This document shows positions 39,812 to 47,498 of a DNA stretch of 47,498 nt, one piece after another. The notes beneath the pieces are model-generated. The model was not told where the DNA came from. It made no database searches and worked only from the letters and a program-made list of their open reading frames with translations. The stretch is from a virus, in the IMG/VR virus record IMGVR_UViG_3300022561_000016, positions 1 through 47,498 of that record, one strand, 5' to 3'. A program made the position numbers and the translations under genes. Numbering within the stretch: the stretch's first letter is position 1; every line of letters starts with the position of its first letter.

Positions 39812-41292
39812 CGTAAACGTCCTCCAATCGGCTGCGGACTTGGGAAGCGCGCCGGGCCGCTGGCGGCACCGAACGGTCGGCCGGTCGCGGCGAGTCGATT
39901 GAAGCCGCCGCTCGATCCATCGACCTGATCGTCGTATTTTCCGCTCGGAAAGGATAACAGCTCGTTCAAATACGCCTCGTTCCACGCGCCGCGCACGAGC
40001 CGCACGTTGCCGCCGTTCCACTGTGAGGCGAACGGATCGGCGCGGGTCGCTTTGTCGCCAGTTTCGCGCTCGGTCGCAACCGTAAGGCCACTCAGCAGCC
40101 GCACGAACGCGCGCGCGCTATCCACACCGGCGCTGCCTGGGTCTTGCGGCAGCACGGTCGTGACCGGGCCGCGCAACGCATCGCGCTCGGCGGTTTCGCG
40201 AATGACCGCATCGCGCTCATCGGTGGCCCAGCGCCCGCGCGTCACGTCCTCAATTGTGTACAGATTGTCGCTTTTGCTCATGAGCACACCCGCCGAAAAG
40301 TCACCCGTATTGTCGGACGCGGCCACGTCCCAGCGCCGTACTCGCGTTGCCTGGGCGGGCGCGGCGTCCACAAAGCCCGCCTTGCCCGCCTTGAACATAC
40401 TGCCCTCGGCGGGGTAGGGCGTGCCCTGATACAGGGCCTCGAACGCCGTCCCCATGCTGGCGCGCAAGGCCTCCAGGTACGCGATGCTGTAGCGCGGCGA
40501 AAGCGGCTGTCCAACCGCGCGCCCGCTCGGATCATGCGGCAACCCATCCGCAATCGCGGGAAAGCGCATGATCTCCCATCCGCCTTGCTCGATCAGCATT
40601 CCCGCAAAGTCTCCTTCCCACCATCTGTGGAACATGACTACGATGTTCGTATCAGCGTTCAATCGGCTAAGGACCACCTGCTGCCACCAGTCGCGCAGCA
40701 TGACGTTGACCGCTGGACTGCGCGCCTCTTGTGCGTTCTTGTATGGGTCGTCGAGAATCAGTGTGTCAACGCCTAGGCCAGTGAACCCCGTTCCCATGCC
40801 CAGCGCCTTGAAGCTCGGATTAGCGTCGCGGATCGCGGTGCGCACCGTCGTTGACCACTCGTCGGCGGGCGCGCGATCCGGCACGCGAGCGGCGAAGCGA
40901 CGCTGATAGTCGGCGTCATGCATCAAGTCTAGATTGACCTTGCTGAAGCGCTCGGCGTGGCTCACGTTATAGCACGCGACACGAATCCGCAAATCAGGCC
41001 GCACACCCAGCGCGTAGGCCGGGTAGCGCTGCGAGACTAAGATCGACTTCCCCATTTGCGGCGGGCCGTGGATCAGCAGCCGCTGGCCGCGCTGGCTGAC
41101 CATTGCCTCCAGCCGGTCGCAGATGAGGCGCTGCCAGCCTTCGAGCCGAAACGCGGTCGTGCTTTCGACGTAGGCGATGAACGGCGGGGGCGCGGCGGCG
41201 CTGTTCGCCGCACGCACGCGCACAGGGAGCAGCCGCGAGTAGTCGAGGCGCTTGTGGCTATTCGCTATCATCGTCAATCCTATCGATCCCAA
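39808..41292 (-). CDS. terL: Terminase large subunit
   Basis: Walker A LIHGPPQMGKS, Walker B TLILDDP, and a C-terminal nuclease-like region. The start may be 41271. Confidence 0.9.
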   Translation of the reverse strand: MGSIGLTMIANSHKRLDYSRLLPVRVRAANSAAAPPPFIAYVESTTAFRLEGWQRLICDRLEAMVSQRGQRLLIHGPPQMGKSILVSQRYPAYALGVRPDLRIRVACYNVSHAERFSKVNLDLMHDADYQRRFAARVPDRAPADEWSTTVRTAIRDANPSFKALGMGTGFTGLGVDTLILDDPYKNAQEARSPAVNVMLRDWWQQVVLSRLNADTNIVVMFHRWWEGDFAGMLIEQGGWEIMRFPAIADGLPHDPSGRAVGQPLSPRYSIAYLEALRASMGTAFEALYQGTPYPAEGSMFKAGKAGFVDAAPAQATRVRRWDVAASDNTGDFSAGVLMSKSDNLYTIEDVTRGRWATDERDAVIRETAERDALRGPVTTVLPQDPGSAGVDSARAFVRLLSGLTVATERETGDKATRADPFASQWNGGNVRLVRGAWNEAYLNELLSFPSGKYDDQVDGSSGGFNRLAATGRPFGAASGPARFPSPQPIGGRLR

Positions 41293-41704
41293 GGCCGTGC
41301 GCTTCTAAATCTAACGAAATCTGGAACGCTTTCAGCAGCACCCCCAGCGTGGCGGGCGTGACCTCCAGCGTCGTAATCTGCGCGTCCATCTTCTTGAGCA
41401 GCTTCGCCGCGACCGTGTACAGCCCGCGCGCCGCCTCCATCGACCGCCCACGATGCGCCTCAAGGTCGGCAAGGTAGCGCGCAGAATGCACAGCGGACGC
41501 TTCGTCAGCGAGCGATTGATCGTAGTCTCGTGACCTATCCGTCCAACCATGCTGCGCTGACCAGCGATCCATCAGTGTCTTGCTTTTGCTTAACTGCTGC
41601 CCAACCTTTGCGGTACTCCGATCCACGCCCAGCGCGAAGTAGGCGCACGCCGCTTGGTACGCCTGTGCGCTCTCAGTATCGCGTTGTGCGGGGTAGTTAG
41701 CCAT
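41258..41704 (-). CDS. terS: Terminase small subunit (HTH type)
   Basis: AYQAACAYFALGVDRSTAKVGQQLSKSKTLMDRWSAQHGW is a typical TerS N-terminus. It sits upstream of terL. Confidence 0.7.
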   Translation of the reverse strand: MANYPAQRDTESAQAYQAACAYFALGVDRSTAKVGQQLSKSKTLMDRWSAQHGWTDRSRDYDQSLADEASAVHSARYLADLEAHRGRSMEAARGLYTVAAKLLKKMDAQITTLEVTPATLGVLLKAFQISLDLEAHGLGIDRIDDDSE

Positions 41705-42812
41705 CGATTACACTGCACTCCATGCCTTCGGCCTCGGCTCTGCGAAGAATGACATCGGCATACTTTGGCGCGATCTCCATGCCGTAGCAGCGCCGTCCGG
41801 TGCGATGCGCGGCGATCAGCGTTGTGCCAGAGCCGAGGAAGGGATCGGCTACAATCGCGTTATTGTCGCTAAAACACGGCAAAACTTGAACGCCAAGATC
41901 GACATGTTTAGCGTGCGGATGCTCACTCGCACGATCAAATTTTGACGCGACTTCGATCACAGAATGCAATCCATTGAGATGATAATTTTTCGCCTTATCA
42001 GTGCGATAGTGAGCAAACAAAAGATGCTGCAAGAGTGGGATATATACATTCAAGTTCCGGCTAAATTGTCGATAGAACAGCACGAGGAATTGATTGAATC
42101 GTCCTATGTACCGTGCGCCGAGCGCGACATGCTGCTTATCTCCGAGCGCCAAAAGCCAATGCGCATAACAGTACTTTACCCACGCCTCAATCCACAATGT
42201 ATCTGCGTCATACTCAGGATCGGCAAAAAGCAATTCCGCCCGCTCCCCACCCATCAGCCGCGCCACGTTCGCCGCATCGGTGCAATCGCCCACGAGGAGC
42301 CGATGCACGCCGCCGATGCTCCATAGCTGACCGAGCTGCGTCCGCGTCGGGCCGTCGTCAGGCGTGGTATCGAACTCGTCGCCGCCCGCGCACGCCTCTG
42401 GCACGTCAGGGAACGACACGTCGGCCCATTCCTCAGCGGTAAACAGCGAACCGAGATCAACGCCGCTATCCGCGATGCTGGCGAGAATATCCGGCTCCCA
42501 CTCCAGGTTCAGCGAAGCTACGCGATTCGCCGCGATGCCCAGCCGCACGGCGCGCGGGTCGGTCGCCGTCGCGATGTCCGTGCGCCGCACGACAATCGGT
42601 CGCGTGCCGTCGCTGTCCACGATGATCGCATCGTCAAGCATCCCGTTCTCAGCGGTCTTTTCGACCCGCGCCGAACCGTCGAAGGTTTCGCCATCGGCGG
42701 CGACGGTGATCGCGCCGATCCAGCCGTCGGAGGCCAGCGAAGTCTCCAGCGCCTGCATACCGCGCGCGGTGTGGCGATTTGCGTTGGCGCGTTGTGGCCG
42801 TATCTCACTCAT
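41697..42812 (-). CDS. ParB-like nuclease domain fused to a beta-class N6/N4 DNA methyltransferase
   Basis: N-terminus IRPQRANANRHTARGMQALETSLASDGWIGAITV. MTase part HRLLVGDC...LLFADPEYD (motif IV variant) ... VADPFLGSGTT (motif I). Start taken at the ATG at 42812. Confidence 0.85.
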   Translation of the reverse strand: MSEIRPQRANANRHTARGMQALETSLASDGWIGAITVAADGETFDGSARVEKTAENGMLDDAIIVDSDGTRPIVVRRTDIATATDPRAVRLGIAANRVASLNLEWEPDILASIADSGVDLGSLFTAEEWADVSFPDVPEACAGGDEFDTTPDDGPTRTQLGQLWSIGGVHRLLVGDCTDAANVARLMGGERAELLFADPEYDADTLWIEAWVKYCYAHWLLALGDKQHVALGARYIGRFNQFLVLFYRQFSRNLNVYIPLLQHLLFAHYRTDKAKNYHLNGLHSVIEVASKFDRASEHPHAKHVDLGVQVLPCFSDNNAIVADPFLGSGTTLIAAHRTGRRCYGMEIAPKYADVILRRAEAEGMECSVIDG

Positions 42813-42980
42813 GCTGTAACGACTTTCCTTGCAATCCAAAGCAACATTATGCTCAACAATGTATATTTAAGGCCACGAAGTTACCGCCCATCGTGTACCC
42901 TGATCGCCCTATTTCGCCCCTACCAAGCCGAAATGCACCGAAACCCTTTACACTCGTTCGTGAAAGCGTGTAAAAGACTG

Positions 42981-43295
42981 TCAAATCGCGCGCTTTTCAG
43001 CCACCGCAGCGTCAATGGATTCGAAACGATTGACAGATCCGACATCCACCGGCTCATACGTGAGGGCAAAGATGTCGGGCTTGCAAGGATACTTTTCACC
43101 GGCTACGCCAGTGATGATCCAATCCCCAGCACGCACATGCATCCGCCCTTCCAGTGTATGAATGTATCCATAGGACATATCACGCGGACGGCTACCCTCT
43201 GAATCGGGCCAGGGCGTCACGCCTTCCGGCCAGGGCCGTTGATCGGGATCGAACTGCACGGCGTCGACAATCACCGGCTTCTTACGAAATTTCAT
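42981..43295 (-). CDS. Conserved phage protein (MKFRKKPV...GDWII...YPCKPDIF family), function unknown
   Basis: The pattern is common in many phages. Confidence 0.6.
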   Translation of the reverse strand: MKFRKKPVIVDAVQFDPDQRPWPEGVTPWPDSEGSRPRDMSYGYIHTLEGRMHVRAGDWIITGVAGEKYPCKPDIFALTYEPVDVGSVNRFESIDAAVAEKRAI

Positions 43296-43320
43296 TGCAT
43301 CATCTCCGCATTACAATCAG

Positions 43321-43530
43321 TTAAACCCTACACCAGTGGCTATCTTTTCGACCATACATGCCGCAACGCTGACATCGCTCCCATCGCACAACAGTCGTTC
43401 CAGTTTGCTGTGCAGCCACGAATAGCCGCATACGAAGGGCCGCCGCAATATCGAGATACCCCATGCGTTCTAATTCTGCGGCCATGTCGCGCTCAGTGCC
43501 CGAAGTGCAATGCACGTCTATCTTGCTCAT
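43321..43530 (-). CDS. Hypothetical protein
   Basis: 69 aa with a C-terminal CQRC...HWC. Confidence 0.45.
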   Translation of the reverse strand: MSKIDVHCTSGTERDMAAELERMGYLDIAAALRMRLFVAAQQTGTTVVRWERCQRCGMYGRKDSHWCRV

Positions 43531-43763
43531 TGCATCATCCCCCTACGATCCGGCGGCGTGTCATCGAACGGCAGCGAGGCGATCATGCAGCGCGTCAACG
43601 TATCCGCGCCGACCGTGCTGAAGATGTCGGCAAGCAGGATCATCTGTCCTGGCTCCAAGCTCTGCAATCGGCGCACGTCCGCGAGCAGCCCGGCCACGCA
43701 GCCCGCGCACCAGTCGCACGACACGCGCACCTGACGACGACAGCCGCCCGCGCACGGCCTCAT
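43527..43763 (-). CDS. Hypothetical Cys-rich protein
   Basis: ATGA overlap at 43760-43763. Begins MRPCAGGCRRQVRVSCDWCAGC. Confidence 0.45.
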   Translation of the reverse strand: MRPCAGGCRRQVRVSCDWCAGCVAGLLADVRRLQSLEPGQMILLADIFSTVGADTLTRCMIASLPFDDTPPDRRGMMQ

Positions 43764-43978
43764 AGATACACCTTTCGCACCTTGCGGCGCATCGTATAGC
43801 GATACGGACGGAGCGCCGCGTTCATCCGACAAAGCAGCCCCGGCCCGTAGGCGACACGCCTCCACGGATGCCCAATCGCCGCCGCCTGGACGCTGTGGGT
43901 TCCCCACCACATCGCCGCCCAAGCGTCAATGCGCGGGTCAAGACGGTCAAGGATGGTCGCACGCTCTTCGTCAGTCAT
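43760..43978 (-). CDS. Hypothetical protein
   Basis: ATG at 43978 overlaps the stop of the 27-aa ORF. Confidence 0.45.
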   Translation of the reverse strand: MTDEERATILDRLDPRIDAWAAMWWGTHSVQAAAIGHPWRRVAYGPGLLCRMNAALRPYRYTMRRKVRKVYL

Positions 43979-44058
43979 TGTTGCCACCGCGCGAGGTCGT
44001 AGAACGCGACCAGGATGCCGCCGAGCAGCATGGTGAACAGCGCAACGTCAATCGTCAT
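43975..44058 (-). CDS. 27-aa transmembrane peptide, not in the ORF track
   Basis: My translation is MTIDVALFTMLLGGILVAFYDLARWQQ. There are ATGA overlaps at both ends (44055-44058 and 43975-43978). Confidence 0.4.
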   Translation of the reverse strand: MTIDVALFTMLLGGILVAFYDLARWQQ

Positions 44059-44585
44059 AGTCCACCGCTCGTTACAATTGCGTTCGCAATCTCTATGATC
44101 TTCTCGGCGTAGGTCGTCCCCGGCACGGCCCAGCGTCCGTTGAGTCCTCGCCACGTCGGCGCGCAGCCGCGTGTGTCCCCCATCGCAGCGCGCCTTGGAT
44201 CAAAGTACATGCTCAAACGCTGCTGCGCGAATGTTCCATGACCGTCCGCGAGCGCGTAACTGAGCAGATGCGCGTATTGTGCCAGGATGCCCGCTGCGGG
44301 CGTCGTAAAGGTCTTGCCCCATGCTCCGTCGTTCGTCGCGCCAAGCCCGGCGGGGTTGAAACTGCCGATCCAGCGTGGCGACAAGAAACACGCGGTTTCG
44401 TGAACGGCTTGCGCGAACGGCAGCACATTTCCAATGCTGGTGAGTTGCCCGTATGTCGCGTAGGCGTACACGATGGCGTCGCGTTCTGCTGTGGGTCGGC
44501 GTGCGGCACGCTTGGCTAAATAGGCCGAGAGCGTGGAGACGGCGACGTTTGGGCCGTCCAGGATCGATTGTGCGCTATCGAACAT
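44055..44585 (-). CDS. Peptidoglycan glucosaminidase (LytD/FlgJ-type) endolysin
   Basis: PFAQAVHETACFLS...FNPAGLGATNDG resembles the glucosaminidase catalytic-Glu region. Confidence 0.75.
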   Translation of the reverse strand: MFDSAQSILDGPNVAVSTLSAYLAKRAARRPTAERDAIVYAYATYGQLTSIGNVLPFAQAVHETACFLSPRWIGSFNPAGLGATNDGAWGKTFTTPAAGILAQYAHLLSYALADGHGTFAQQRLSMYFDPRRAAMGDTRGCAPTWRGLNGRWAVPGTTYAEKIIEIANAIVTSGGL

Positions 44586-44607
44586 CGTGATTCCTCTAAT
44601 GCTTCCC

Positions 44608-44967
44608 TCATAGCTTCACCACGACCACGGGGCAATCAATCACGCGCTCTCTCGTCGATCCGCATAGCGCCTTCGTCACCTCGAAGCTCAGTTCCACGAC
44701 CCGCCGGGTGCGGATGTGCCGCGCCTTATCGCGCGGGTGCGATACGTCCGTCACGGTGCAATCCAGCAGCGCGCCGGTCTTTTCGCCGTACACCCACAGC
44801 CGCGTGCCGAGCGGCCAGACCGGGCTGCTGACCATACACGCCACGGGCGACATGCCGCGATTGTGTGCCACCTGTGTCATCAGGTTCGGCGCGTAGTGGG
44901 GCGCGAAGCCGCTTTGGACGAAGCCGCCGTGCAGAACCACGAACATCAGCAGGCGCAGCAATGTCAC
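44608..44967 (-). CDS. Secreted RlpA-like / DPBB-fold protein
   Basis: A GTG start at 44967 (GTGA overlap) gives the signal-like N-terminus TLLRLLMFVVLHGG. The core reads SSPVWPLGTRLWVYGEKTGALLDCTVTDVSHP. Confidence 0.55.
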   Translation of the reverse strand: MTLLRLLMFVVLHGGFVQSGFAPHYAPNLMTQVAHNRGMSPVACMVSSPVWPLGTRLWVYGEKTGALLDCTVTDVSHPRDKARHIRTRRVVELSFEVTKALCGSTRERVIDCPVVVVKL

Positions 44968-45080
44968 CCGACCCGCACGAAGATCGCCGCCAACAGCACC
45001 ACGACAATCAACAGCACCACAATCGCGTGCACGATGTACCGTGCCAGTGCGGGCGGCGCTGTCCACTCAGGATCAGTCAT
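44964..45080 (-). CDS. 38-aa transmembrane peptide, not in the ORF track
   Basis: My translation is MTDPEWTAPPALARYIVHAIVVLLIVVVLLAAIFVRVG. Third codon positions are G/C-rich in this frame and T-rich in the listed 152-aa frame. Confidence 0.5.
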   Translation of the reverse strand: MTDPEWTAPPALARYIVHAIVVLLIVVVLLAAIFVRVG

Positions 45081-45628
45081 TATCGATCTCCTCGCTGTGG
45101 AAGCACCGAACCAGGCGCAACCACGGTCACCGGCGCTTCCACTACGCGCGTGCCGTGCGGTGGCGTGGTGCCCGTCGGTGGCGGGTTCGCGCTGATCGCC
45201 TGGATCGTCGCCGCCGTTTCGACTGCCGTTGCCTGGATCGTCGCCGCCGTTTCGACTGCCGTTACCGCTTTTTCTTTTTCAAGCATGGCAATCTGTCGAG
45301 CCATTTGTTTCATCTCCAGGAGAATGGAGCCCAGGTGTCCGTCAACCTTTTTGTTGACCCCTTCCAGCGATGTCGCGTTTTCTTCCGATACTGCCTTCGA
45401 CTCAATCGCCGCTGTCTTCGCCTCGGTTGTAACCTTGAGCGTGACCAGCACGCTACTAATGAGCGTCACGAGCGTAATAATCTGCCCGGTCGCGTTCGCC
45501 ACCACCGCGTTATCAGGAGTGCCGAAAATCGCAAGCGCCACAATGGCCGCGATCACGACGGACGCGAGGATGACGAGCGCGATGATGAGCGTGTCGTTGC
45601 CGTGGCTTTGGCTTGTGGACGGTGTCAT
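45080..45628 (-). CDS. Holin-like membrane protein with coiled-coil tail
   Basis: Two N-terminal TM segments, then a coiled coil with a duplicated TAVETAATIQA. Confidence 0.55.
   Translation of the reverse strand: MTPSTSQSHGNDTLIIALVILASVVIAAIVALAIFGTPDNAVVANATGQIITLVTLISSVLVTLKVTTEAKTAAIESKAVSEENATSLEGVNKKVDGHLGSILLEMKQMARQIAMLEKEKAVTAVETAATIQATAVETAATIQAISANPPPTGTTPPHGTRVVEAPVTVVAPGSVLPQRGDR
45198..45263. repeat. 33-bp perfect tandem duplication
   Basis: GCCTGGATCGTCGCCGCCGTTTCGACTGCCGTT x2, in frame (11 aa). Confidence 0.9.
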
Positions 45629-45635
45629 ACTGCTC

Positions 45636-45977
45636 CTACGTTGTTGTCGCGCTCGTGTCGTCGCGGGGCGATGCCCGACGATCCGTGCGGGCGTCGAGGG
45701 CGTCCAGATGCGCGGTTGTCGCGTCCTGATCGGTTTGCAGACCTAATATATGCACATGATCGGCGGCCTGACCCGCACTCAGCACCCCGAACGCAACCAG
45801 CATCTTCAGCAGTTGATGCGCGGTGTTGTTCGTGCTGATTGAATTGACGCTCTCCAAGAGATCGCCGGTCGCCGCGCTCAAGCGCGACCTGAGCGCGGCG
45901 CGCGTTTCGGGGGGTGCCAACTGTGCGAGCGTGTCAGAGAACGTATCAATCACCTCGATCTGTGATTTCTGTGTCAT
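45636..45977 (-). CDS. Hypothetical protein
   Basis: 113 aa. ATGA overlap with the amidase stop. Confidence 0.5.
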   Translation of the reverse strand: MTQKSQIEVIDTFSDTLAQLAPPETRAALRSRLSAATGDLLESVNSISTNNTAHQLLKMLVAFGVLSAGQAADHVHILGLQTDQDATTAHLDALDARTDRRASPRDDTSATTT

Positions 45978-47053
45978 ACGAACATCTCCACAACGGTAGT
46001 ATTGCGCGCCTTCAGATACATGATCAGCCCGCGCTCAAACTCCGTCACGCTGTACGCCCCGCTCGCTGCATACGTCTCTGGAACCACACACTGACCGAGC
46101 GCCTTGTTGACCAGCCACGCGCGCGGCACGGCGAAGCCGGTGGCTGCGCCCGTAGGCGTGCCGACAGATCCCCAGCGGGCGAACGGGTCGGCAGGCGGCG
46201 GCAGCGTGGGCGGCGGCGGGCTGTCTGCGCCACGCACCACCGACGTGTAGAACGCCTCCGTAATCGCCGATCCAGGACATTCAGGCTTGTTGTAATCACG
46301 ATGCGAGGACAGCCCGCCGTAGCGGAGGCGCGAGGGATTAGCACAGACTTGCTCGCCGTTGACGACCAGCATTCCCGGCTTATTGATGGGATACATATAT
46401 TCAGAGGAGAGAGCGAGCCGCGTTTGCAGCGCCCGCACTGCGCCGCCGACCAGCCGCGCTACCGGAGCAGGCCATTGGACGCGCTCGTAGTAGCCAACGA
46501 CTTCGATGCCAACGCTGTAGTGCAGCCGACTCATTGCGCGGTAGGAGTTGCCCCACTTCGCGTGAATGCCGACCGCGTTCATCGGCGAAAACAGCCAAAT
46601 GAAACGATCATCAATGAACAGGTGCGGCCCGCACGGCCAGCCGAGCGAGGCGTAGTACTGCTGCACGCCGTTCAATTGGCGCTGGCGCTTCGTGAGGATT
46701 GCGCTCGCGTCCAAGTCGCGCTCGTTGCGATCCCACTTGGTCGCGGGGTCTGCGCCGATGGGGGCCCAGCTTGCGTCAGGGTTCGCGGTGTGGTGGAACA
46801 CGACGTAATCTGGCGGCACCGTGCCGAAATCGTAGGATGCGACGTACTGCTCGAACTGATCAAGCGCCATCCCGGTGCCGATGTAGGCGAAGTCTGCGCC
46901 GATGGAGGCGAAGCTCGCCCTGAGCGCCGCCGGGCGCAGCTTCTGCGGCGCTTTCGGGTCGAAGGCGTCCACGTCGTAAGGTAGGAGCGCGTTGTCGGCC
47001 GGATCGTGGATCATAGCGAGCGCGGGAGGCCGGGATGTAGCAAGGATCGGCAA
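45974..47053 (-). CDS. N-acetylmuramoyl-L-alanine amidase (Amidase_2/PGRP fold) endolysin with Pro-linker and C-terminal domain
   Basis: VVFHHTAN...SVGIEVVG...SSHRDYNKPECPG, then PPPPTLPPP and a roughly 70-aa tail. The start is uncertain (TTG at 47053 or ATG at 47014). Confidence 0.8.
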   Translation of the reverse strand: MPILATSRPPALAMIHDPADNALLPYDVDAFDPKAPQKLRPAALRASFASIGADFAYIGTGMALDQFEQYVASYDFGTVPPDYVVFHHTANPDASWAPIGADPATKWDRNERDLDASAILTKRQRQLNGVQQYYASLGWPCGPHLFIDDRFIWLFSPMNAVGIHAKWGNSYRAMSRLHYSVGIEVVGYYERVQWPAPVARLVGGAVRALQTRLALSSEYMYPINKPGMLVVNGEQVCANPSRLRYGGLSSHRDYNKPECPGSAITEAFYTSVVRGADSPPPPTLPPPADPFARWGSVGTPTGAATGFAVPRAWLVNKALGQCVVPETYAASGAYSVTEFERGLIMYLKARNTTVVEMFV

Positions 47054-47083
47054 TGCGGAAAGTCGGCGCGCCCGCTGGAGAAT

Positions 47084-47112
47084 AGTCTATACTACACGGC
47101 GCGGAATGTCAA
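47084..47112 (-). promoter_or_regulatory. Candidate promoter for the lysis/late operon (TTGACA-17-TAGACT on the minus strand)
   Basis: Plus-strand TGTCAA at 47107-47112 and AGTCTA at 47084-47089. The -10 is weak. Confidence 0.3.
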
Positions 47113-47371
47113 GCAGTCGAACAATGCAGCCGGTCGTACAACTACTGACTGTAAAATGCAGCGCGTCGCTTGACAGCGGGCGTATACTAAGCGGATACGA
47201 ACGCCCGATCGAGGAAAACGTATCTTTCCAGCGGGGAGGAGCGTTCTTCTAGTATCCAAACCACCGTTGACTTGCCGTTCGCCACGCTGAGAGCGGCCCG
47301 CCTGTACGCAACAGGTGCCCACGCGCGCTCAAAATCAGCGGCACGCCATTGTACCGAAGGATGCGGGTTGG

Positions 47372-47498
47372 TACGAAGCAAAGGCTTTCACCTATGCAGT
47401 GCATTGCAGCACTCCCACGCGACGACACGACGGACGACACGGAAGACACCGACGAGATCATCAATGTCCTGAGTGGCAGGTAGCTACCGCGAGGCGAT
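47372..47498. repeat. Terminal direct repeat, copy 2
   Basis: Identical to 1..127. Confidence 0.97.

Noticed and set aside
44608-45066. The 152-aa form of the DPBB ORF as listed in the ORF track.
   Set aside because: The first 33 codons have T-rich third positions and an implausible Arg/Cys/Gly sequence. The overlapping 38-aa TM ORF and a GTG start at 44967 fit the composition and coupling better.
47170-47187. TTGACA-N7-TATACT here, and the similar CGCTTGACG-N7-TATAAT on the minus strand at 37941-37959, considered as a special promoter class.
   Set aside because: A 7-bp spacing is incompatible with sigma70 -35/-10 geometry. The 37941 site is better explained as an extended -10 (TGGTATAAT), with the TTGACG coincidentally spanning the portal stop. 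With only two instances I cannot support a new class.

Overview
The window is one complete, closed genome of a GC-rich tailed dsDNA phage with siphovirus-type gene order. Bases 1-127 are identical to 47372-47498, so the unique length is 47371 bp.

Plus-strand arm (about 625-22011):
- three divergent repressor/promoter switch regions and many small HTH, RHH and Cys-rich proteins
- two divergent PAPS-reductase-like PP-loop paralogs and two ASCH-like proteins
- a DUF3102-Dam methyltransferase
- a replication initiator with an iteron/AT-rich origin inside its own gene, followed by DnaB
- HNH, VRR-NUC and AP2-like proteins
- a signal-anchored M23 peptidase followed by five membrane proteins

Minus-strand arm (47053 down to 22070):
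- a lysis cassette: amidase, holin-like protein, DPBB protein, glucosaminidase and two tiny TM ORFs missing from the ORF track
- a ParB-methyltransferase, TerS and TerL
- a Mu-type portal, F-like and I-like head module
- a decoration protein and a lambda-E-like capsid protein
- connectors, a tail terminator and the major tail protein
- a G/GT chaperone with a directly readable -1 frameshift
- a 1088-aa tape measure, a distal tail protein and a fibre

A 3-gene plus-strand island and a lone collagen-like gene sit at the junction of the two arms. I saw no integrase, partition genes, tRNA, rRNA or CRISPR.

The observations I consider most interesting:
- a roughly 95-aa module inserted in three unrelated virion proteins
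- the PP-loop / ASCH / methyltransferase gene set
- three gene insertions, each flanked by 28-46 bp direct-repeat scars
- an early-arm M23 plus membrane-protein module
- two insulated single-gene cassettes
- a three-copy promoter/operator element

All start codons and motif calls were made by eye. No searches were run.
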